Origin: an uncultured Pseudomonadales bacterium
Lineage (GTDB): Bacteria > Pseudomonadota > Gammaproteobacteria > Pseudomonadales > Azotimanducaceae
Assembly: GCA_964611345.1 (NCBI GenBank)
Contig: CAZSYU010000004.1
Location: forward strand, 17,620 to 81,619
Length of the DNA: 64,000 nt
Reading direction: 5' to 3'
Shown: one piece after another, positions 38,630 to 46,212 of the stretch
How positions within the stretch are numbered: position 1 is the first letter of the stretch
Layout of the letters: every line of letters begins with the position of its first letter
Made by a program: the position numbers and the translations under genes
The notes under the pieces: generated by a model
Seen by the model: the letters and a program-made list of their open reading frames with translations, nothing else
Database searches by the model: none
What the model was told of the DNA's origin: nothing

Positions 38630-40822
38630 CTATAAGCCCTCGCAAGGTCGTTGAATGGAGGGATCAAACGAACCACCTTCCAGGAACGGCGATTGCGGAC
38701 ACTGGATGTAACGCAAGCGCGTATCGCGAGGCATGAGCTGGTCCGCACGTATTTCGGGTGGCGCGTTGTTTATGCTGCCCGTCTCAAGACCAGCCTCATG
38801 CAAGCCCAAAAACGAGATCATGTCGTCCTGATCTACGCCGTCACCGGATACGCCGATGCCACCTATGAGCATGTTGCCGCGATAGATAGGCACGCTGCCC
38901 GGAAAAATCTGAAAGCCATTAGCTACCCTGTTAGTCATCGCGGCCGGGCTGATAGATACCAGCCCGAGATCGATGAGCCCAGGCGTCGAGGTGCCCGGAT
39001 TAAACCCGGCACCGGCACACCCCTGGACCACATCTGGCGCGAGCGCCCCATCGGTGACGGAGAACAGCACATGTTGCACCAGAGCGTTAATCGCCAGATC
39101 GAGCTGCAAACCCGTCGAGAAAGGGCTCCACTCACCAGCTGGCTTGCTCAGTGGGCCAGCGCCTCGCTCATCAATACCATCAGGAAAAAATGGCCGCGAC
39201 AAATTGCCACCGGCTCGATCAGAAAACGCAAACGCGCCATTGGCCAGAGCCAGCGGATCTTCGAGGAAGTTACGCAGGTCGGTGACGTAATCACCGAGCG
39301 ACAGAACTTGAAACAACTCCGGGCCAGCATCTGTAAATCCAACATAATTAGTGGGCGGCAGAGCGTTCAAAAAGTCTGCGCTACTGGCGCTGGAAAAAAA
39401 TGCGGCGGTTCGTGCTTTTTGTAAGGAGACGTCCGCACCAAACACTGGAGCATCGCGAGTACGCACCATTCCCAGTATTTCACCATTGGTATCAACAACA
39501 GAGATAGTGACCCGGGCCGGTGAATTCAACGGCCGGCGAATCTGTGCACGCGCACTATTGGCTACCCTTAAGGCGTTACTCAACAGGGACTGGGTTTCCG
39601 CTACCGTAAGCTGATTACCGCCAGTTTCAACGGCGTCAGTGCCGGGTCGTGCCGGAAACCGATTGACATTGGCAGCGTTTACAAAAACAAACGCATCCTG
39701 ACCATCAAACCCACTTACCGCCGGCCTGATACCTGACGCTGGCGTACCGAAGGCCGTGCCGGCGCGAATGGTCCCGTCAAAATAGCCGGTAACATTAACA
39801 AGTGCACCCGTCGCGGTTGAGAACGCAGGCGCGTTGGCCGGATCACTCATCAGGTCTTCGACACCTGCATCACTGAAGCGAAAAGTCTTGCCATCTACGG
39901 TAATTCGATTGGCACGACGGTCGAGGGGCGCAGACCAACCGAAAGACGCAGCGACCGCAATCAGTTCGTCGATGTCTGTATCAATGTCACCAATGGCCGG
40001 GTCTATGCCATAGCGACCGTCCGCAATGACGCCCACGCCACCTACGGGCACACCGTTGCGATACAAAGGCAGGCCACCTGGATCAGCAGCCAAACCCAAT
40101 GGTGAACGATGGGGTCCTGGTTCTGCGGCTCCGCCACTAAAACGCTGTGAAAAGTCCGAACAGGAAAGCTGCGAAAACTGCACGCCAAACAGTGGTCCGG
40201 CCGGCTGGTTTAGCTCGCCGGGGTTAAAGTGCTCTTGCACGATCTGATTCGCGGTGCGAGTAGTAAACGCATTACCTTCACTCGATAGATAAGCGCCTGT
40301 TATAGCCTTAGCGATGGCACCAAGCTGGTCGATATTAAAGGGCACGGCTGCTGTAGGGAGCCGCAATCCCTCGAGGCCACCACTAATCAGCGGCGTCCCA
40401 TCGTCTGCCGTGGCAGTTGCAACCAGCATGGATCGATCCGCAGGATCACCCATGCGGAACACACCAAGCACATTACCCACCCGATCCGTTACCGCAATGG
40501 TGGCCTGGACATTTCGCGCCTGTGCCTCAGCCACACCTTGAGCGATGATTGTTTCTACATCAGCAACAGAGAGCGATTCGGGTACCGTTGTGCCGCACTC
40601 ACCAGAGCATGCCGGATCGGGACCGGTTACTCCTAGGGGTTCTTCCCGACCACCGCCGCCACAGCCACTAAATTGCGCAAGCACGAATACTGCGGCCGCA
40701 ATTTTTAGTTTCAGCGACGGTTTGTAACGGTCATTCCGTTTAAAGCGTTCATAACGTTTATAGGTTTCTTTGACAAAACCATGGCCCACACTCTGACCCT
40801 CTACCATCTTGGTTGCGTTCAT
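38630..40822 (-). CDS. Lipoprotein with two GlcG/HbpS-like (DUF336, heme-binding/degrading fold) modules
   Basis: Lipobox LAQFSGC. Module 1 has ATIAVTDRVGNVLGVFRMGD ... GGLPLYRNGVPVGGVGVIADG. Module 2 has VTISVVDTNGEILGMVRTRDAPVFGADVSLQKARTAAFF ... GSVPIYRGNMLIGGIGVSGDGVDQDD. The ATG overlaps the upstream TGA (ATGA) and is preceded by AGGAGG. Confidence 0.65.
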   Translation of the reverse strand: MNATKMVEGQSVGHGFVKETYKRYERFKRNDRYKPSLKLKIAAAVFVLAQFSGCGGGGREEPLGVTGPDPACSGECGTTVPESLSVADVETIIAQGVAEAQARNVQATIAVTDRVGNVLGVFRMGDPADRSMLVATATADDGTPLISGGLEGLRLPTAAVPFNIDQLGAIAKAITGAYLSSEGNAFTTRTANQIVQEHFNPGELNQPAGPLFGVQFSQLSCSDFSQRFSGGAAEPGPHRSPLGLAADPGGLPLYRNGVPVGGVGVIADGRYGIDPAIGDIDTDIDELIAVAASFGWSAPLDRRANRITVDGKTFRFSDAGVEDLMSDPANAPAFSTATGALVNVTGYFDGTIRAGTAFGTPASGIRPAVSGFDGQDAFVFVNAANVNRFPARPGTDAVETGGNQLTVAETQSLLSNALRVANSARAQIRRPLNSPARVTISVVDTNGEILGMVRTRDAPVFGADVSLQKARTAAFFSSASSADFLNALPPTNYVGFTDAGPELFQVLSLGDYVTDLRNFLEDPLALANGAFAFSDRAGGNLSRPFFPDGIDERGAGPLSKPAGEWSPFSTGLQLDLAINALVQHVLFSVTDGALAPDVVQGCAGAGFNPGTSTPGLIDLGLVSISPAAMTNRVANGFQIFPGSVPIYRGNMLIGGIGVSGDGVDQDDMISFLGLHEAGLETGSINNAPPEIRADQLMPRDTRLRYIQCPQSPFLEGGSFDPSIQRPCEGL

Positions 40823-42663
40823 TCCTTTCCACCTCCTGAGTCACCACCGGCGACTCTCCCCGCGTTGGTCGCCCACTGTTGCGCGCTTGCTTGCCCACCT
40901 AGTAAGGGTGCTCCATCAAAGCCCGCAAAGTTCCGCGGGTGATACGCGTGACAATCTATGCACGCCAATGCCACCTGAGATACACTATCGCGATCGCCAT
41001 GGCACTCATAACAGGTGGCCATCGTTGGCATAAGCAGATCGGTCGCACTGGCAGAATTCTTGGCGGCGTGACAGGTATCGCAGGCCTGATCACCCACCAA
41101 CAGCTCGCTACTTTCGCCATCACGCAACACCTGATGAGCGATATGATCGAATCGCGCATCGGGCACAAAATCCTGTGGCAGCTTCACTGGATGCACCCAG
41201 AACTGGTCTTCGATATCCTTCGAATCCTGGCGTTCAAACTGATGACACGCAGCACAGCCGATATCACCGGCAAACTGAGCTTCGACGATCTCTTTTAGTT
41301 CACGCTCCACACAGACGTCTGGCGCGTCAGTACAACCGGCCACTCGATCCGGACGATCTGGCAAACGGCGATAGGCAAACAGCTCACCCGTGTCATCAGG
41401 ATCGAAGTATTTTTTCAGTAACATGCCTTCAAGCGCCAACACCGCTTCTTTTAAACGCGCATGTGGCAAGCTCCGATCAGGGTCGGACTCATCAAAATCA
41501 AGTTGGTGACAATCCTGGCAATGCGCTTCCATGCTGACTGGCAAGAAATGTTCGCCGTCGATGCTCATGCTGTGGCAGGTTCCGCAAGTGAGAGCTTCAC
41601 CGGTTACTAAATCTGACACTTCGCCAACATCCAGATGAATATCGTGAGGAAACACAAGTTCCGAAGTTTCTGGCGAATTCGCTATCTCAGTTTCGCTGAC
41701 CGCTTCGATCCGCCATCCATCATCTTTCGATCCGGCAAACTCCTCGAGCGTGAAGCGCGGTAGCGAGTATTCGTAAACCGGATGGGTTTCTGGAGTGAAG
41801 CCCGTCACTGCTGCTAACGGATCTATATCGCGATGAATGCCACCACCAGAGTCAGTGCCTGCTGCGTGGCATTGCACACAGTCACCATCGGCGTCGCGAA
41901 CTAAAGTGCTCGGCTCGTTGTGCTCCCGATGACAGACGCCACAACGCTCATTTGCATTGGCACCGAAGTCGAGCCCGCCAGACCCAAGTTCGCCAGGCAC
42001 GGAGGTCGCGGCTAAAAACGCGCTGCTGACATGATCTTGAATTGAACCGTGGCACGCCTCACAAGCCTCGTTTTGAACACGTTCGAAGGGTTTGCCGTGA
42101 CAACCGGCACAATTTTCGCCCGTGACCAACTCATGCGCGGCATGCAGCTCACCAGACGTCCATACATGATCTGAAAAGAGCCCACTAACCGGCGCCTGGG
42201 TGGCGCGTTCGCCGGAAAACAGAAAGGGCACAATAAACATACCCAGTAACACAACCAGTGCACCAATCCATGCGAACGCACGTTTCGCTAAAAACGTATC
42301 AGCCAAGCTGAGTTTTTGTGTTGACAACACCGAAACATGATCTGCTGCACGACGCACTATCAACATGCCGTCAAAACCACCCGGCGCTTCTTCTACATGC
42401 ACGCTAGCACCAGGTAGCTCTATGAGATCGCCGGATCGCAAAACACAGCGCTTAACCACATTGCCGTTAACCTGCACACCATCACGAGTGGTGCTGCGCA
42501 AGACTAGCCCTTCTCGTCCCAGCTCAATACTCGCGTGGCGCAGTTCAAGCAGCGGTAGTTGCAGGTGCGCATCGTTAGCAGACCCGAGAATAACGCGATC
42601 AATCCCGTGTTCTTGGTCTATGTGGCCGCCTGCTTCCCTGGCGATGCGTATCAAGAGGTCCAT
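40819..42663 (-). CDS. FHA-like domain / single TM / periplasmic decaheme c-type cytochrome fusion protein
   Basis: The N-terminal ~100 aa are FHA-like (RVILGS...LRHASIEL...TRDGVQVNGNVV...GDLIELPG). One TM (AFAWIGALVVLLGMFIVPFLF). Then ten CXXCH motifs (CAGCH, CEACH, CGVCH, CVQCH, CGTCH, CQDCH, CAACH, CDTCH, CYECH, CIDCH). ATG 42663 lies 4 nt after the upstream TAA. The track ORF starts at 42693. Confidence 0.8.
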   Translation of the reverse strand: MDLLIRIAREAGGHIDQEHGIDRVILGSANDAHLQLPLLELRHASIELGREGLVLRSTTRDGVQVNGNVVKRCVLRSGDLIELPGASVHVEEAPGGFDGMLIVRRAADHVSVLSTQKLSLADTFLAKRAFAWIGALVVLLGMFIVPFLFSGERATQAPVSGLFSDHVWTSGELHAAHELVTGENCAGCHGKPFERVQNEACEACHGSIQDHVSSAFLAATSVPGELGSGGLDFGANANERCGVCHREHNEPSTLVRDADGDCVQCHAAGTDSGGGIHRDIDPLAAVTGFTPETHPVYEYSLPRFTLEEFAGSKDDGWRIEAVSETEIANSPETSELVFPHDIHLDVGEVSDLVTGEALTCGTCHSMSIDGEHFLPVSMEAHCQDCHQLDFDESDPDRSLPHARLKEAVLALEGMLLKKYFDPDDTGELFAYRRLPDRPDRVAGCTDAPDVCVERELKEIVEAQFAGDIGCAACHQFERQDSKDIEDQFWVHPVKLPQDFVPDARFDHIAHQVLRDGESSELLVGDQACDTCHAAKNSASATDLLMPTMATCYECHGDRDSVSQVALACIDCHAYHPRNFAGFDGAPLLGGQASAQQWATNAGRVAGGDSGGGKE

Positions 42664-42667
42664 AGGC

Positions 42668-43543
42668 TTACCAGTACCAAAACACGACGACAATATGGAT
42701 AACGAGAGCGAACAAAACAGCTATGGAAAGCGGCACATGAATATACAACCAGGCCTGCAACAAGCCCTGCATTTGCACATCCCGACGCACGCGCCGCAAC
42801 AAATCCTGACGGCGCGCAGTGAGGGACATCAGATGGCGCAACGCTGTTGTTTCTTTTCCATCGCTCGCTTGCGTTGCAGCCTCCGATAGAAAGCGCAACA
42901 GATTACGTTGATCAAAATTGCTGCGGTGCTGATTGCCTTCAGAGCTGGCTTCCTGGAACGTAGATCGATCGCTGCCCAGCAGCTGCCGGAGAAAACCACC
43001 TCCGACTCGGGTTTGGTCCAAGGCCGAGCGCACTGTATTGTTTATATCGTCAGAGCAATCCGCCGCTCGCTCGAGGCTCGCCAGCTCAAGACTTTCCAAC
43101 TCTTCAATATTCTCTGCTCGACTGCGCGTTTTACGCACCGACGATAATCGTCGCGGCAGCGAGAGGTAGACAAACATGCCAAACACGCCGCTGGCGATCA
43201 CCGCCATCATTAACCAGAAGAACAGCGAATGAATGTTCCAGCCGAGTTGCCCAGCGCTATGGAACAGGCTTACCCCGATGAGTGCAGTACCCAGATAAAC
43301 GTGCGCACTTACCCAACCTTTTAGCGACCCACCTCGCCCATAGCGGCGCTTGCGCACTCCCAGATAGTTCAACCAAAAGATGAGCAATCCAGCAATGATG
43401 CCAAGCGTCAGTCCTTGCCAGGTACCGCCACTAGGTGGAGTCGTTGCGTCTTGCAGCCAATACAGTCCAAAGCTGATCGCAAGCAATCCAAGCGCTACCC
43501 ACAGATACCGACCGCCTGCATGTTGCAACGCGTTCTGACTCAT
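42668..43543 (-). CDS. Five-TM inner-membrane protein with two His pairs (candidate di-heme b electron carrier)
   Basis: Four N-terminal TMs, a ~130-aa hydrophilic loop and a C-terminal TM. His81/His95 lie on TM3 and His269/His283 on TM5, each pair spaced i/i+14. The ATG overlaps the upstream TGA (ATGA). Confidence 0.55.
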   Translation of the reverse strand: MSQNALQHAGGRYLWVALGLLAISFGLYWLQDATTPPSGGTWQGLTLGIIAGLLIFWLNYLGVRKRRYGRGGSLKGWVSAHVYLGTALIGVSLFHSAGQLGWNIHSLFFWLMMAVIASGVFGMFVYLSLPRRLSSVRKTRSRAENIEELESLELASLERAADCSDDINNTVRSALDQTRVGGGFLRQLLGSDRSTFQEASSEGNQHRSNFDQRNLLRFLSEAATQASDGKETTALRHLMSLTARRQDLLRRVRRDVQMQGLLQAWLYIHVPLSIAVLFALVIHIVVVFWYW

Positions 43544-46086
43544 AGCGCGTCTCGCTCAATAATGCGCACAAAGTCTTTTGGACTGACGCGTTGCGCCGCG
43601 CCGGTCGGACAAGCGGATACACAGGCAGGACCACCGGTAACATCAAAGCAGGCATCACACTTCTTGGCCTTTTTCACCTGCCCTTCGGGTCCCTTCGCAG
43701 CTTTATCTTCGCCAGGACCAGACCCCATGCCAAACAACAGCCAGCTGAACAAACCCGGCTTCGCCGGCGCCTCAGGCGCCATCCGAATCACATCGTACGG
43801 GCAGTTACTCTGGCAGTTGCCGCAGCCAATACAGGAATCATCGATAAACACTTCGCCATCACTCGCCCGGTGAATGGCATTAGGGGGGCAATCCTTCATG
43901 CAGTGCGGTTGCTGACAGTGACGACACGATATGGGTATATGAACGTGGGCCATCGTACTGCCTGATTTCCGGTCGAGCCGCGAAATACCGTCGTGTGTTT
44001 CAGCACACGCGGTCTCACAGTTATCGCAACCGACGCAGAGATATTCATCGATAATGAGAGCGTTAGTGGCCTCTCCCAAACCGTCGCCCAACATAAATTC
44101 CAAAACCTGAGAAGACTCACGACGAGTTTCCCACTGCGAGTACTTCATCAAATCGCGACTCGCCCGCGCATCGACAATATCTTCCTGCTCCATATCGAAC
44201 ATCATCAAGCGTCGATACTGTTCCTCAGTGATCTCCAGCGTTTCAGTTAACACCGACGCCTCAGCAACATTGGTTCGTGCGTTCTGGTTGTACATGGCCA
44301 TAAAACCGACCATTTCTCCGGCCCGTTCTTCGGCGATCAGATTTCGCTGTTCATCAATTTCGTTGAATATCAACACGGTGCCGGAGCGAATGAGATGCAG
44401 ACTGTTACTGTCATCCCCAGGTTCCCACAAGCGTTGACCCGCTTTAAAACTATGCTGCTGAATCTCATCCGCAATGGGGCGCAGCTCCTCAACCGTCGCC
44501 GCCGGAGCAAAGTGGCGCTGCAACTCGCGCACAATGAACACCCAGTCAATGCCTTCGCGCACCGCATCATTGGAGGCGATGAGTTTCAAAATGGTTCGGC
44601 GTGGTGTTTCGAGAACAATGCAGTTGTCGCCCGCCATGGCTGTCTCGGGTCTGGGCTGGCCAGCAATAAGACTCATTTCCCCGAAGAACTCACCCCGCCC
44701 AAGGCGTCGTTCACCACCAGCAAAACTCGACGACCCAAGCACCACTTCGCCGTCGAGTACCGTATAAAACGACACACCAAAGTCACCTTCGGTATAAAAC
44801 TCATGTCCTTTTGGAATAACTTTGGTCACACTGGGCTGGGCCTTTGAATACGCCTCATCGCCAGAAATTTTTCGTTCCACGTCCACAAGCGACAGCTCCG
44901 CGTCCTCGATGCTGTCTTCGTCAGGCAGCCCGACATACAGCGAGCTTTCAATCACCATCTCGCGAAATGCCAGCACACTAAGCTGACGAAACATCGGAAT
45001 CCGTGACATGAACAGACTAATGAGTTCGTCGGCATCCCGATCATAGGGCAGGCCAGCAAACTGAAACTCAATCAGCTCATGATCTGCCGGTTTGACGAAA
45101 TTGCCATTCGCAAACTCGACAACATCATAGCCCTGGTTCATCGCCTGCTTGATGAGTGGGCACCCTGCCAACGCACCGACCACATAAAGGCCTGGCACAC
45201 TACTTTCGTAGTGTTCGCTCAATACCGGCAACGCATCAGCGCCAGCGTGGCTCATCGTCATGCCGCAGCCTTCGAGAAAACCACGGGGGGGAATAGAACC
45301 AAGCCGGGCAATAATGCGATCGGCCTCAATCAACTCTTCGCCTTCTGCGGTGGCGATGGTCACCTTCAGGTCCGGACCTGTACCGTCACCCGCAACGATG
45401 CTGTCGATTGAGGCGGAATACAAACACCCCAGGCTAACGTCATCATTGTTCGCGGCTGCGAGAATGGCGTTTAGGTTACCTTCTTTAGCGCGGGCAAATT
45501 CCGCCTTGCGATTTAGAATGTACACCTGGTTTTGCTCAGACAGCGCCAACGCATTTTCAATCGCGGAATCGCCAGCCCCAACCACAATTATGGTCTCGTT
45601 GCTGTATTCGCCTGGATCGTCCAGCTGATACTGAATATTCGGCAGCTCTTCGCCAGTTACTCCCAAGCGGCGAGGGTTACCCTGGGTGCCGATCCCGAGC
45701 ACAACGTTTGCCGCTGTTACCGTCTGACCATTGGCAAGCTTTATCTCAAAACCGCCGCGCTCACCCTGAATACCAGTAACTTCGGCGCCGTATTGCACAT
45801 GCAGTGCTTGATCTTCGGCCGCGGTGTCCCAAATACCTAGAATTTCTTCGCGCTTGCCGGCATCAAATCCCACATCACTACGCAAACGCAAATAGCCCGG
45901 CTCGGCCATAACGTGCTTGCCTTTCTGATACCGATAGATGGTCTTGGAGAGATGATCGAAGCCTTCAAGCAGCACATAGCTGGGAGTGGTCGCGCCACTT
46001 TGCTTGTCACGCGCTGCTGCGCGCGCTGCTGCCGACAACCCCGCTGGTCCAGAACCAACGATAGCTAACTGATATTGCACTTCCAT
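43540..46086 (-). CDS. Fusion protein: FAD/NAD(P)-binding pyridine nucleotide-disulfide oxidoreductase + two cyclic-nucleotide-binding domains + 4Fe-4S ferredoxin domain
   Basis: Two Rossmann motifs (LAIVGSGPAGLSAA and IIVVGAGDSAIENA). cNMP phosphate-binding cassettes FFGEMSLIAGQPRPETAMA and AGEMVGF...ARTNVAEA. Four Cys-cluster motifs (CVGCDNCETAC, CRHCQQPHCMKDCP, CIGCGNCQSNCP, CDAC...CVSACP). No signal peptide. ATG 46086 is preceded by GGGGAGA. The track ORF starts at TTG 46092. Confidence 0.85.
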   Translation of the reverse strand: MEVQYQLAIVGSGPAGLSAAARAAARDKQSGATTPSYVLLEGFDHLSKTIYRYQKGKHVMAEPGYLRLRSDVGFDAGKREEILGIWDTAAEDQALHVQYGAEVTGIQGERGGFEIKLANGQTVTAANVVLGIGTQGNPRRLGVTGEELPNIQYQLDDPGEYSNETIIVVGAGDSAIENALALSEQNQVYILNRKAEFARAKEGNLNAILAAANNDDVSLGCLYSASIDSIVAGDGTGPDLKVTIATAEGEELIEADRIIARLGSIPPRGFLEGCGMTMSHAGADALPVLSEHYESSVPGLYVVGALAGCPLIKQAMNQGYDVVEFANGNFVKPADHELIEFQFAGLPYDRDADELISLFMSRIPMFRQLSVLAFREMVIESSLYVGLPDEDSIEDAELSLVDVERKISGDEAYSKAQPSVTKVIPKGHEFYTEGDFGVSFYTVLDGEVVLGSSSFAGGERRLGRGEFFGEMSLIAGQPRPETAMAGDNCIVLETPRRTILKLIASNDAVREGIDWVFIVRELQRHFAPAATVEELRPIADEIQQHSFKAGQRLWEPGDDSNSLHLIRSGTVLIFNEIDEQRNLIAEERAGEMVGFMAMYNQNARTNVAEASVLTETLEITEEQYRRLMMFDMEQEDIVDARASRDLMKYSQWETRRESSQVLEFMLGDGLGEATNALIIDEYLCVGCDNCETACAETHDGISRLDRKSGSTMAHVHIPISCRHCQQPHCMKDCPPNAIHRASDGEVFIDDSCIGCGNCQSNCPYDVIRMAPEAPAKPGLFSWLLFGMGSGPGEDKAAKGPEGQVKKAKKCDACFDVTGGPACVSACPTGAAQRVSPKDFVRIIERDAL

Positions 46087-46092
46087 GGCCAA

Positions 46093-46212
46093 TCTCCCCA
46101 GATCAACGCTTAGTGTTGTCCGTAACCTACATTCATGACAACCTTTTTATTCTCGATTTCGATAACCTATTCTTGCCGCAGTTTGACTACTGCCATTACG
46201 CAGGTTTTGACC
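46093..46212. promoter_or_regulatory. Divergent control region between the cytochrome operon (-) and the TM-FHA gene (+)
   Basis: 120-nt AT-richer spacer. It carries a direct repeat of TAACCTA at 46123-46129 and 46163-46169 (40-bp period). No promoter boxes were assigned. Confidence 0.35.

Noticed and set aside
38651-39424. 257-aa plus-strand ORF. Similar long antisense ORFs occur at 2037-2555, 2468-3037, 10076-10792, 16792-17337, 18067-18624, 19033-19602, 27123-27599, 27751-28305, 42365-42889, 48115-48717 and 54754-55269.
   Set aside because: Each lies antisense to a gene with clear family motifs. Their products are Arg/Ser/Pro-rich low-complexity sequence typical of spurious frames in GC-rich DNA.
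32709-42663. Calling the cytochrome/barrel genes MtrCAB, PioAB/MtoAB or OmcA orthologs.
   Set aside because: Gene order, sizes and architectures do not match those systems. MtrA-type decahemes are ~330 aa and soluble, and MtrC/OmcA are lipoproteins. This locus instead has an FHA-TM fusion, a propeller fusion and a DUF336 lipoprotein. Only the general porin-cytochrome logic is invoked.
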